Shown here: positions 21,424-30,011 of the stretch, in pieces | How positions within the stretch are numbered: the stretch's first letter is position 1 | How the letters are laid out: each line of letters begins with the position of its first letter | Assembly (NCBI GenBank): GCA_964453095.1 | Contig: CAYVRE010000002.1 | Span: 1 to 32,201 of the forward strand | Direction of reading: 5' to 3' | Length of the DNA stretch: 32,201 nt | Origin: an uncultured Candidatus Saccharibacteria bacterium | GTDB lineage: Bacteria > Patescibacteriota > Minisyncoccia > Minisyncoccales > Staskawiczbacteraceae | Translations under genes and position numbers: made by a program | Notes under the pieces: generated by a model | Told to the model about the DNA's origin: nothing | Databases searched by the model: none | Seen by the model: only the letters and a program-made list of their open reading frames with translations

Positions 21424-22962
21424 CTAGAAAACTCCAGCCGGAATAGGTCCGGAGGCATTATTCGCCATTACGTTGCCAACCAAGTCTTTGATTATTCCTC
21501 CGAATTGCGTGATAGCTCGAGATGAATAACCTGCATTTCCGATAACAATAGTTGATCCGCTGATTTGAGTTATGGTAATGGTTAAAATTGTTCCGGTTGA
21601 ATCAAGAGATAATTTAACAGTTTCCACTGGAGCAATGCACGCCGGATTCCCTATATTCCAGCCCCTGCCATCACAGACAAAAGCATACATCTGAAAACTT
21701 AAAATATTTGGGATGACAATGACAACTGAGCCATATGCGCTAGTCCAAGCAGGATAGGCAACAAGATTAAGCCCTCCGGTTGTTGAAGAAGAAATATTTG
21801 AAACAGAGCCCCCTTTTGTTAGATTGCCGTTAATTGATGTTGGGTCAATAGGTTCACTGAAAGTAATTGTGATTACATCTCCATTAACTCCTGCTATTCC
21901 CATAGGATTACTGATAAACACCGAAGAAATTGATGGAGGAGTAGAGTCAACGCACGACTGCGTAGTTGCAGGGATATTTGCCGTTGCTCCGCAGTAGTTT
22001 AAGTCGGCCGCTGTTCTTGTCTGTGAGTTATTTATGCAATCGCTCCAGGCGCCAGTCTGCCAATTAGGAACACAGGCAACCGTACACGATTGCGTATCAA
22101 CCGGTTTGTTGGTTGTAACTCCGCAGTAGTTATAATCAGTTACTGTTCTTGTCTGCTGATTGTTTGTGCAGGTATTCCATGCGCCGGTCTGCCAATTAGG
22201 AGTGCAGGCGGAAGCAGAAGTACAATACTGCGTCAAGGTAGGCAGTCCCGTTGATACTCCGCAGTTGTTTAAGTCGGTTGCTGTTCTTGTCTGCTGATTG
22301 TTTGTGCAGGTATTCCATGCGCCGGTCTGCCAATTAGGGGTGCAGGTGAGAGCAGAGGTACAATACTGCGATGTTGCAGGTTTGTTGGTTGTTGTTCCGC
22401 AGTAGTTATAATCGGTTACTGTTCTTGTTTGCTGATTGTTTGCGCAGGTACTCCATGAGCCGGTCTGCCAATTAGGGGTGCAGGTAGTTGGCGGTATTGT
22501 CGGAGGCGTAGTATTTGAGACGCATCCATAAAGCTGGTTTAATTTGGTTCTGGTGGAATTTCCTGTAAATCCGGTTCCGCGGGACAAACCAAGCGGAGTT
22601 AATATTTCATAAGCATATTTTTCCTGAAAAGCGATGACTGCTTGCGATGTTCCGCTTGAATATGTATTAATATCGTCCGGGCTATAAGAGATGCCTTCTT
22701 TTTGCAAAGCTAAATGAAGATTAACAACTTCATTCGTACCGGAGTTGGCGTATCCTAAATTATTATTAAAAGTGTAGCACCATGTTTGAGTGCCCTGCCG
22801 CTCAGCTATTATTTGGTTTATCTGCTGAGTAAGCTGAGTTACCTGCACCTGCAATTGGGCAATTAATGCCTGGCGTTCTGTTTCGGTCATGGCAAGGGCG
22901 GTTGAGGTAACGCAAAAAACAAGTGCCAACGATAATATGACTAAAAATATCTTTATCTTCAT
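21424..22962 (-). CDS. Secreted repeat protein: signal peptide, coiled coil, PG-binding-like domain, 4 Cys/Trp repeats, C-terminal beta-rich domain
   Basis: 512 aa. Signal peptide MKIKIFLVILSLALVFCVTSTALA, coiled coil (ERQALIAQLQVQVTQLTQQINQ), and a PG_binding_1-like segment (LHLALQKEG...SQAVIAFQEKY). Four repeats of about 44 aa, C.PNWQTG.W..C.NN.QTRT..D.N.CG........Q.C, each with 4 Cys. Confidence 0.85.
   Translation of the reverse strand: MKIKIFLVILSLALVFCVTSTALAMTETERQALIAQLQVQVTQLTQQINQIIAERQGTQTWCYTFNNNLGYANSGTNEVVNLHLALQKEGISYSPDDINTYSSGTSQAVIAFQEKYAYEILTPLGLSRGTGFTGNSTRTKLNQLYGCVSNTTPPTIPPTTCTPNWQTGSWSTCANNQQTRTVTDYNYCGTTTNKPATSQYCTSALTCTPNWQTGAWNTCTNNQQTRTATDLNNCGVSTGLPTLTQYCTSASACTPNWQTGAWNTCTNNQQTRTVTDYNYCGVTTNKPVDTQSCTVACVPNWQTGAWSDCINNSQTRTAADLNYCGATANIPATTQSCVDSTPPSISSVFISNPMGIAGVNGDVITITFSEPIDPTSINGNLTKGGSVSNISSSTTGGLNLVAYPAWTSAYGSVVIVIPNILSFQMYAFVCDGRGWNIGNPACIAPVETVKLSLDSTGTILTITITQISGSTIVIGNAGYSSRAITQFGGIIKDLVGNVMANNASGPIPAGVF
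21949..22482 (-). repeat. Four tandem in-frame repeats of about 132-138 bp inside the secreted-protein gene
   Basis: Encodes aa 161-338. Repeats 2 and 3 share stretches of 50 or more identical nt, for example GTCTGCTGATTGTTTGTGCAGGTATTCCATGCGCCGGTCTGCCAATTAGG, which occurs twice. Confidence 0.9.
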
Positions 22963-22999
22963 AGATAATTTAAAATAAATAATATTAGCTTATTATACA

Positions 23000-24799
23000 C
23001 TACGCTCTGAAAACCTCCAAGAAGGCCTTGGTAGGCACATTAACCCTCCCCTTCTGCTTCATAAGCTTCTTGCCTTTTTTCTGCTTATCACGAAGCTTAT
23101 TTTTTCTTGTTATATCCCCTCCATAAAGATATCCTGCGACATCTTTCATATATGCTTTAATTGTTTCTCTGGCAATAATTTTACCTCCAATAACTGCCTG
23201 CAAAGCAACCGTAAACATTTGCTTTGGCAAAACATCTTTCAATTTTTCAACGACCCTTTTCCCTTCTGCGTATGCTTCGTCTTCTGCCACTATTTTTGAA
23301 AACGCCTCTTCCCTTTTTCCTGCAATTAAAATTTCCATCTTCACTAATTTTGCCGGCCTATAGCCCAACACCCTATAATTCATAGATGCATATCCTTGGC
23401 TGGCTGTTTTTATCTTTTCATAAAGATTAGCAATGATTCCTCTCAAGGGTGTCTCAAAGATAATAATTGCTCTTTCCGGACTTAAATAGTTTGTTTCCAC
23501 ATAATTCCCTTTCAAACTTTTTAAAATTTCCATTAATTTGCCCATTTGCACAGATGGCGCGATTACTTCCAAAGAAACCCACGGCTCTTCGCAACTTTTA
23601 ATTTTTGACTGGTCCGGCCAATCTGATGCTGAATGAATTACAATTTCTTTTCCTTTTTGGTCAAAAACCTTATAAATAACGGAAGGAGTTGAAATAACCA
23701 AATTTAATCCGAATTCTCTGCTTAATCTTTCAGAAATAATTTCTATATGCAAGGTCCCCAAAAATCCGCAGTTAAATCCCCTGCCCAAAGCTTCTTTCAT
23801 TTCCTGCTCAAAAACTAATGCCGGATCGTTCAACTTTAATTTTCCTAAAGCAACTTTTAAATTTTCGAAATCTTCTGGATTTTCAGGATACAAGCTGGCA
23901 AAAACCATTGGTTTTGGCTCTTGATATCCGGGTAAAGATTGAACGGTTCCTTTTGTCGCTAATGTCTGTAATTTTATAATTGTATCACCGGCTGTAACTT
24001 TTCCGGGTTCTTTTATCCCCGTTGCAATATATCCTATATCTCCTGCAGAAATTTTATCTTTTGCAGAAAATGTTGGATTCAAATATCCCAGTTCTTTGAC
24101 CTCAGCTTGAGTATCAGTAGCCATTAGCTCAATTTTTTCTCCGTTGGAAATCTCTCCGTCTACCACGCGCACAAAAGCAACCACTCCCTTAAAAGAATCG
24201 AATTCGGAATCAAAAATTAATGCGCGGAATTTCTTTTCAGTACTTTCTTCCGGCGCAGGAATTTGTTTTATAACAGCTTCCAAAATTTGTTCAACGTTTG
24301 TTCCGTCTTTCGCCGAAATCTTAATTATCTCATCCGGTAAAATATCTAAAAGATTTGCCAGTTCTTCAACCGACTCTTCAACCTTTGCAATTGGCGAATC
24401 AATTTTGTTTATTACCGGTATAATTTTTAAATTCTGTTTTTTAGCTAACTCTAAGTTAGCTAATGTTTGCGCCTGAATCCCCTGAGTTGCATCAACTAAT
24501 AACACGGTACCTTCAACGGCCTCTAAAGACCTTGAAACTTCGTAAGAGAAATCAACGTGGCCCGGAGTATCAACCAGATTGAGGATATATTCTTTGCCCT
24601 CAAAATTATACTTCATCCTGATGGCTTTGAGCTTTATGGTAATCCCCTTTTCCCTTTCCAAATCCATTGAATCTAAAAACTGCGGCATCATTTTCTTGGG
24701 GTCGATGGTGCCGGTCAATTCCAAAAGCCGGTCGGCCAGAGTGGATTTTCCGTGGTCGATGTGGGCAATTATTGAGAAATTTCTTATATTTTCCTGCAT
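23000..24799 (-). CDS. lepA: Elongation factor 4 (LepA)
   Basis: 599 aa. NFSIIAHIDHGKSTLADRLL (G1), DTPGHVDF (G3), NKID (G4), and the characteristic LepA C-terminal domain (YGGDITRKNKLRDKQKKGKK). Confidence 0.97.
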   Translation of the reverse strand: MQENIRNFSIIAHIDHGKSTLADRLLELTGTIDPKKMMPQFLDSMDLEREKGITIKLKAIRMKYNFEGKEYILNLVDTPGHVDFSYEVSRSLEAVEGTVLLVDATQGIQAQTLANLELAKKQNLKIIPVINKIDSPIAKVEESVEELANLLDILPDEIIKISAKDGTNVEQILEAVIKQIPAPEESTEKKFRALIFDSEFDSFKGVVAFVRVVDGEISNGEKIELMATDTQAEVKELGYLNPTFSAKDKISAGDIGYIATGIKEPGKVTAGDTIIKLQTLATKGTVQSLPGYQEPKPMVFASLYPENPEDFENLKVALGKLKLNDPALVFEQEMKEALGRGFNCGFLGTLHIEIISERLSREFGLNLVISTPSVIYKVFDQKGKEIVIHSASDWPDQSKIKSCEEPWVSLEVIAPSVQMGKLMEILKSLKGNYVETNYLSPERAIIIFETPLRGIIANLYEKIKTASQGYASMNYRVLGYRPAKLVKMEILIAGKREEAFSKIVAEDEAYAEGKRVVEKLKDVLPKQMFTVALQAVIGGKIIARETIKAYMKDVAGYLYGGDITRKNKLRDKQKKGKKLMKQKGRVNVPTKAFLEVFRA

Positions 24800-24819
24800 T
24801 TTTTATTGTTTTTTACCTC

Positions 24820-24847
24820 TTGACAATGCTTATTGATTTGTTATTAT
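24820..24847 (+). promoter_or_regulatory. Sigma70-like promoter candidate for the plus-strand small RNA
   Basis: TTGACA (24820-24825), a 16-nt spacer, then TATTAT (24842-24847). The predicted start falls at about 24854, exactly at the base of the closing stem. Confidence 0.45.
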
Positions 24848-24853
24848 TAAGTT

Positions 24854-24939
24854 GACGCTTGGAGGGCTTCGGCCCTGTCACGGCTATCCAAGCTGTAGCC
24901 ATGCGTCACTAAAGAATACTGCTAAAAGCAGTGTTTTTT
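24854..24939 (+). ncRNA. Candidate structured small RNA (about 86 nt), family unknown
   Basis: Closing stem GACGC (24854-58) / GCGTC (24903-07). Hairpin 1 is AGGGC-UUCG-GCCCU (24863-76). Hairpin 2 is GGCUA-UCCAAGCUG-UAGCC (24882-900). GCUUGG (24856-61) can alternatively pair with CCAAGC (24888-93). Terminator ACTGCT-AAA-AGCAGT followed by GTTTTTT (24918-39). Confidence 0.45.
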
Positions 24940-24942
24940 AGT

Positions 24943-25425
24943 TTAATCAGAATCTGGATTGCCGCTGTATAAAATCCGCTTGCTTCCTGCCCTGTCAATT
25001 CCCCAATAAGGAATCACACTCCAAAAATGTTTTTCTCCGCCGAACACTTCTTTCACAATAACTTTCACGCGAACTCTTTCTAAAACAGCGATAAACTCAT
25101 AAAAAGTAACTTCTTTCATGGTATATTTCCATTGGCTATTTGTTTTATACGGCTCGAATCGTTTAGTTTCCCAAATTCCCTGAAGCGTGTGCGACCTATT
25201 TAATACTTGCGGAGCAAGATGCAAAAGTTTTAATCTTGGGTATTGGTCTTTTTGAGCACGAGCTTGCTGATCAGATTTAAATTTAAGATGTCGCAGCCCT
25301 TTTGCATTAAATGATATCTTCTCTCCAAAATACGGACAATAAATCAAATTAATCATTTGATAAAATTTTTCTGCTTCATCCCTAACTTTTTCAAATTCCT
25401 CCTGATTAAAATTAAATTTTCCCAT
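24943..25425 (-). CDS. Hypothetical protein (160 aa)
   Basis: The ORF starts 2 nt after the murJ stop. No family recognised with confidence. Confidence 0.75.
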   Translation of the reverse strand: MGKFNFNQEEFEKVRDEAEKFYQMINLIYCPYFGEKISFNAKGLRHLKFKSDQQARAQKDQYPRLKLLHLAPQVLNRSHTLQGIWETKRFEPYKTNSQWKYTMKEVTFYEFIAVLERVRVKVIVKEVFGGEKHFWSVIPYWGIDRAGSKRILYSGNPDSD

Positions 25426-25427
25426 TT

Positions 25428-27071
25428 TTATTTCCCTGAATACAAAAACTTCCTTATAAAAGAATCGGCGAAGGTTTTCACTTCCGGAGATTTTAATTTC
25501 AACGAAACCAGCGCATAGACAGCCACTCCTGCGATTCCTGAAAGAACCAGCTGGAAGAATATTGACCAGAAGTTCTGCAAGCTCATGAAATTTCCCCAGA
25601 GCTGCCTGACTGAAAGTACAGCCAGGGCCATTATCAAGCTGGCAATCAGAGTTTTGGATAATGAATCATATATGTCTTTTGTCCTGAGATCAGGAAACTT
25701 TTTATAAAACATATGCAGAAGCAGATAGCATTCCACTATGGCGGTAATGGAATAAGCCAGGGCCAAGCCGATGACGCCGATGTTTTTTACGCCGTCAACC
25801 CTGAAAATCACCTGGGCCAGATTGGAAAACACGGGAAACCTTAATATCCAAACAAAGGTTAGGCTGAGTATAATATTAAAAACCACAGTCAATCCGCTGA
25901 TTATAGCCGGAATCTTGGTATTTTGGGCTGCATAGAATGTTTTGGAGAGAAAGAGAATCAATCCCTGGGCCAGTAGATTGAAAGCCAGTATGCCCAGGCA
26001 GGCGGTGGTGAGCTTGGTATCAACCCAGTCAAACTTGCCCACCCCTAAAAACACTCTTACAATCTGGGCTCTTAAAATCAAAATCAAAAGGCTCAAGGGA
26101 ATAATCAAAAACATAACCTGCCTTAATATATTGGAAAACTTTTTCAGAAAATCCTCTTTCTCTTCTCTCAAAAAAGACATGGCCATGGAAGGAAAGGCGG
26201 CTGTTGAAACAGACACCGCCACAACGGTTACAACGATAGAGGCCAGGTTATTGGCCAGATTAAACACAGCAATGCTGCCTGATATCAGGGTGGAAGCAAT
26301 GGCTGTAGTGGCAATCTTATTCAGCTGCCCGGCTCCCAAACCCAGAGAGCGCGGAGCCATGAGCTGCAATGTCTTAACCACTCCGGGATCTTTATAGTCA
26401 AAATCAGCCTTGTACTTAAACCCGGAAAAGAGAAAGGCCGGTAGTTGTATCAGCAAGTGCATTGCTCCGCCCAGCACCACGCCCCAGGCCAGACCCTGCA
26501 ATCCGTACCTCGGCAAAAAAAACAAGATGCCGATGATTATACCGAGGTTGTACATTAAGGGAGCCAAGGCTGTGGCTATAAACCTATGGAAGACCTGCAG
26601 TATACCGCTGATAATGTTGCTGGCCCCAAGGATAATCGGGCTGAGAAACATTATACGCATCAGCAATATGGCCATTTCTTTCTTATCCCCTGTAAACCCC
26701 GGAGCTACGATGGAAATGAAGGCCGGAGTAAAGATTATCAGGATAACGCAGATAGCAATCAAACATCCCAAGAATACATTGAGCACCCGTGAAGCATATC
26801 TGAAAGCCTCTTCCTTTGATTTTATAAGATAGGAGCTGAATATGGGTATGATAGCGGCTGATATGGCGCCGAAAATCAGTATCATAGCTATCAAATCAGG
26901 CACTGTAAAGGCCGCGTAATAGACATCCAATTCCGCGCTGGCTCCGAAAGTGCCGGCTAACAACCTGTCCCTCAGCAAACCTAAAACAGCGCTCATCATG
27001 GAAGAGATCGCCAAAATCAACGAGGCAGAACTTATGCTTTTGGTCTGCGAGTTAAGAAACCTTTGAATCAT
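25428..27071 (-). CDS. murJ: Lipid II flippase MurJ (MviN family)
   Basis: 547 aa and about 14 TM helices. N-terminal pattern SASLILAISSMMSAVLGLLRDRLLAGTFGAS...DVYYAAFTVPD is typical of MurJ. Confidence 0.9.
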   Translation of the reverse strand: MIQRFLNSQTKSISSASLILAISSMMSAVLGLLRDRLLAGTFGASAELDVYYAAFTVPDLIAMILIFGAISAAIIPIFSSYLIKSKEEAFRYASRVLNVFLGCLIAICVILIIFTPAFISIVAPGFTGDKKEMAILLMRIMFLSPIILGASNIISGILQVFHRFIATALAPLMYNLGIIIGILFFLPRYGLQGLAWGVVLGGAMHLLIQLPAFLFSGFKYKADFDYKDPGVVKTLQLMAPRSLGLGAGQLNKIATTAIASTLISGSIAVFNLANNLASIVVTVVAVSVSTAAFPSMAMSFLREEKEDFLKKFSNILRQVMFLIIPLSLLILILRAQIVRVFLGVGKFDWVDTKLTTACLGILAFNLLAQGLILFLSKTFYAAQNTKIPAIISGLTVVFNIILSLTFVWILRFPVFSNLAQVIFRVDGVKNIGVIGLALAYSITAIVECYLLLHMFYKKFPDLRTKDIYDSLSKTLIASLIMALAVLSVRQLWGNFMSLQNFWSIFFQLVLSGIAGVAVYALVSLKLKSPEVKTFADSFIRKFLYSGK

Positions 27072-27136
27072 TCTTTAAAAATTAACAATGTTTCATTTTA
27101 CTATTTTCTCCGTGTTTTTACAAATCACCCCAACTA

Positions 27137-27165
27137 TTGACAAAACGGCTTAAACGGCTTAATGT
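27137..27165 (+). promoter_or_regulatory. Promoter candidate for rnpB
   Basis: TTGACA (27137-42), a 17-nt spacer, then TAATGT (27160-65). The predicted start is 1-2 nt before the P1 stem. Confidence 0.45.
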
Positions 27166-27173
27166 GAAAATAT

Positions 27174-27518
27174 CTCAGCAAGATGAGTGATCGCTCTAAA
27201 CGCAAGTTTGGGGAGGAAAGTCCGAACACCCTCCGTGAAAACGGATAAAAAGATAGCGGCTAACAGCCGTCCACCGCAAGGTGCGAGGTGCGAACAGAAA
27301 CGGCCAAGATCGAAAGGTCTGGCATCCCCCCGTGGGATAGTTTTACAGCAATGTAAAAATGAAACGGCTAAATCCTTATCGGGCGCAAGAACAAAGCAGA
27401 TGATTGGGTTAATTTTATCTCAAGATTCTGTTAAAAGTAGTTCGCTTGATTCCGACAGTAATGTCGAGAACAGACAGATGATCGCATAAAACAAAATTCG
27501 GCTTACGGTCTTGCTGAG
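27174..27518 (+). ncRNA. rnpB: RNase P RNA, bacterial type A
   Basis: P1 stem CTCAGCAAGA (27174-83) / TCTTGCTGAG (27509-18). CR-I is GGGAGGAAAGTCCGAACAC. Also ACAGAAAC, and CR-V AACAAAATTCGGCTTAC. Followed by a strong terminator. Confidence 0.93.
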
Positions 27519-27523
27519 ACAAC

Positions 27524-27553
27524 AAAAAACTCGACTTTGCGTCGAGCTTTTTG
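27524..27553 (+). terminator. Bidirectional rho-independent terminator (rnpB / histidine kinase)
   Basis: AAAAAA-CTCGAC-TTTGC-GTCGAG-C-TTTTT. Confidence 0.85.
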
Positions 27554-27577
27554 TTTGTATTCAAAAACAATTTCTGA

Positions 27578-29347
27578 CTATATCTTTTGCGGTATGACGG
27601 GAATGGTTTGCTGGGTTATAGGGATGGTGAAATAGAAGGTGCTTCCCTTTGCCTCCACGGATTCCACTCCGGCTATTCCTCCGTGGGATTCAACTATGCT
27701 TTTAATTATCGCCAGGCCTAAGCCTGTTCCCCCCTTCTGGGTGAACATGTTTTTTATCTGGGAGAATTTAACGAAGAGCTGGTCTATGTCGGCAGGAGAA
27801 ATCCCCACTCCGTTGTCGGTAACTGTAATAAACAAACAATCGGGAATCTTTGTGAAATCAACTTTGCTGTTATTTAAAAACCATCCTGCGCCCGCGCTTC
27901 CCGCTTCCACCTGTATATCCCCTCCTTTTTTATGAAGCATTGCGCTGATAACAATATCACTCTTTTCCTTGCTGAATTTGATGGCATTAGAAACAAGATT
28001 GTTTATAACCTGAGAAATCGTGGGCTGGTCGAAATCAACTTTCTCCGGCACATTAGCGGCAATCTGGCTGACTATTTTTATCTTGGCATCCTTAGCGGCT
28101 GTCTGGAAAAAAAGCAAACGGCTTTCTATCACCTCCTTTATACTTGACGGCTGTTTGGATATCTGAAACTTGCCGGCCTCTATCTTAGCCACATCCAAAA
28201 GGTTGTTAATCAATTCCAGCATATCGGAAGAGCTGTGGTACATCATTTGGAAATACTCCGGCTGCTTGGACTTTTGAATCTTTGACCTTCTTATCGACTC
28301 AACTGTCTTTTTTATGCCGTCCAGCGGAGTGCGCAGTTCGTGCACAATCATCGAAGTAAAGTCCTCTTTCATCTTTTCAACTTCCTTCTCCTCGGTTACA
28401 TCACGGAAGATTGTAACGCATCCCAGGATATTTTCCTGCGAGCCAACCTTGTTTTTAACCGGAGAAACCACCACCTGGAAGAAACGGTCTTCCAGGGAAA
28501 CCTCTTCGGAAATAAAAACCTTGTCCAGCTTAAAACTTTCTTCAATCTTGCCCCTAAAATCAAACTTACCGCTTAATCTGTCTATAAAATCAAATATTGA
28601 AATATCTTCTTTAAATTCGTAGCCGATGGCCTTTTTAGCGGCAGGATTAACCACCAGTATTCTGTGCTCCTGGTCGGTCATAACCACGCCCTCCGTCATG
28701 CTGGCCACCATTGCGCTTAACTTAGCCTGCTCTGTTTTCACAACTTCCTGTAATCTGGTGACCGCCTGGGAAGCCTGCTGGGTAATTTTGTACAAGATAG
28801 TCATTTCCTCTTCCTTATACAGCCCGGTCTTGGTGTCGGCAATAGTAAGAACGCCCACTACGTTGCCGGCGATAACCAGAGGAATGTTAAAAAATGATTC
28901 CACCGGCATGTCCAGTTCTTCATTGAGAATCACGCCGGATAATATCTCTTCTATCTTAATCTTCTTGAAATCCGTGCCCAAAAGAGCCGACAGAGAGCCG
29001 ACCATCCTGTTTTTTATATTATCTATGAATTTTCGGGAAACCTGCTTTTCCAGATGGACTTTGAAGATAATCTTCTCCGGCTCCAAAAACATATATGACA
29101 CAACGCTGTAATCAATAAACTGATGTAAAGATCCGGTAATAATATCTATTATGTTTTGGACGTTGAGCGAATAGCCTATTCTGTCTCCCAGCTCTTTCAG
29201 AATAGAAAGCTCGTACATCCTGCGCTTGGTGTCCTTTTCCCTCTTTTCCAAATCTATTCTGAATTTTCTGCTTTTGAAGTACGAAAAACCGCCGGTGAAA
29301 ACGGTTATCACAAAAAGTAAAATTGTAATTAAATTAGCTACAGCCAC
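27578..29347 (-). CDS. Sensor histidine kinase (TM, GAF-like, PAS, HisKA, HATPase_c)
   Basis: 589 aa. H-box VHELRTPLDGI, N-box NLVSNAIKFS, G1 DNGVGIS, G2 GGTGLGLAIIKSIV. PAS-like segment MTEGVVMTDQEHRILVVNPAAKKAIGY. Confidence 0.92.
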   Translation of the reverse strand: MAVANLITILLFVITVFTGGFSYFKSRKFRIDLEKREKDTKRRMYELSILKELGDRIGYSLNVQNIIDIITGSLHQFIDYSVVSYMFLEPEKIIFKVHLEKQVSRKFIDNIKNRMVGSLSALLGTDFKKIKIEEILSGVILNEELDMPVESFFNIPLVIAGNVVGVLTIADTKTGLYKEEEMTILYKITQQASQAVTRLQEVVKTEQAKLSAMVASMTEGVVMTDQEHRILVVNPAAKKAIGYEFKEDISIFDFIDRLSGKFDFRGKIEESFKLDKVFISEEVSLEDRFFQVVVSPVKNKVGSQENILGCVTIFRDVTEEKEVEKMKEDFTSMIVHELRTPLDGIKKTVESIRRSKIQKSKQPEYFQMMYHSSSDMLELINNLLDVAKIEAGKFQISKQPSSIKEVIESRLLFFQTAAKDAKIKIVSQIAANVPEKVDFDQPTISQVINNLVSNAIKFSKEKSDIVISAMLHKKGGDIQVEAGSAGAGWFLNNSKVDFTKIPDCLFITVTDNGVGISPADIDQLFVKFSQIKNMFTQKGGTGLGLAIIKSIVESHGGIAGVESVEAKGSTFYFTIPITQQTIPVIPQKI

Positions 29348-29369
29348 CGATAAAATGGCTTAATTCTAT

Positions 29370-29702
29370 TTATTTCCCGCCGGTCATCTTGTCAACCTCT
29401 TTTCTGGCATCTCCCAGAACTTTCAAAGTCAGAATGAATACCACAAACCAAACCAGGAAAACCGGCAAACCCAGATAAATTCCCCTCTGGTCCACGAGCA
29501 TAAGGGTTGTGGTAACTATGCCCAGGCTGTACATCTCCACTAAAATCGTCAAAACTAAAACCTTTGTCAGCTTGCCGATTAACGATCCTTTTACTAATTT
29601 GTAGACGGCCCTTCCTTTTACAAAAAGATAAATACTTCCTCCGATAAGAACCGGCCATCCGACTCCTAATATTATATCTCTGATCATAGTTAAATAGTTC
29701 AT
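29370..29702 (-). CDS. Hypothetical membrane protein (110 aa, 3-4 TM)
   Basis: Hydrophobic ORF starting 1 nt after the upstream 89-aa ORF ends, in the HK/RR string. The overlapping 88-aa alternative-frame ORF is rejected. Confidence 0.7.
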   Translation of the reverse strand: MNYLTMIRDIILGVGWPVLIGGSIYLFVKGRAVYKLVKGSLIGKLTKVLVLTILVEMYSLGIVTTTLMLVDQRGIYLGLPVFLVWFVVFILTLKVLGDARKEVDKMTGGK

Positions 29703-29703
29703 G

Positions 29704-29973
29704 TTATTCTACTTTTTTAATATCCGGATACTTTGTAAAGATCGAGCTTAAAGCGCCTTTTACAATCTGGCCGGATAGCTGAACGTATTCGTCTATCAGC
29801 TGCTCAACAATATCACCGGGATCTCCCTTTATATCAGTTACTTTCCCGCTTTCATCGATCAGCAGGCCCAATACGTTGCGCGCCTTGAGAATGGCGATGT
29901 CCGGGCCTAAGATAACCGCCTGTTTGGCAATAATCTCCGATATTAAAGACATATATTGGTTTTTTTCTTCCAT
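29704..29973 (-). CDS. Hypothetical soluble protein (89 aa)
   Basis: ORF tightly coupled to the downstream membrane protein. No family recognised. Confidence 0.65.
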   Translation of the reverse strand: MEEKNQYMSLISEIIAKQAVILGPDIAILKARNVLGLLIDESGKVTDIKGDPGDIVEQLIDEYVQLSGQIVKGALSSIFTKYPDIKKVE

Positions 29974-30011
29974 TGTATTAAATTTAGATTATTTATTAAT
30001 GCCGCGACCTT

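Noticed and set aside
21949-22482. Tandem DNA repeats considered as a CRISPR array or non-coding satellite
   Set aside because: The repeats are contiguous, with no unique spacers. They are in frame and encode a repeated Cys/Trp protein module within a 512-aa ORF.
27144-27161. Tandem 9-mer AACGGCTTA x2 in the rnpB promoter spacer
   Set aside because: Only two short copies, with no further occurrences noticed apart from the unrelated CGGCTTA in CR-V. There is not enough evidence for a regulatory site.
27187-27489. 100-aa plus-strand ORF
   Set aside because: It lies entirely inside the RNase P RNA gene (CR-I GAGGAAAGTCCG, CR-V, P1 stem), so the open frame is incidental.
29392-29658. 88-aa ORF in an alternative frame of the 110-aa membrane-protein gene
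   Set aside because: It is completely nested on the same strand. The 110-aa frame gives coherent TM helices and tight coupling to its neighbours.
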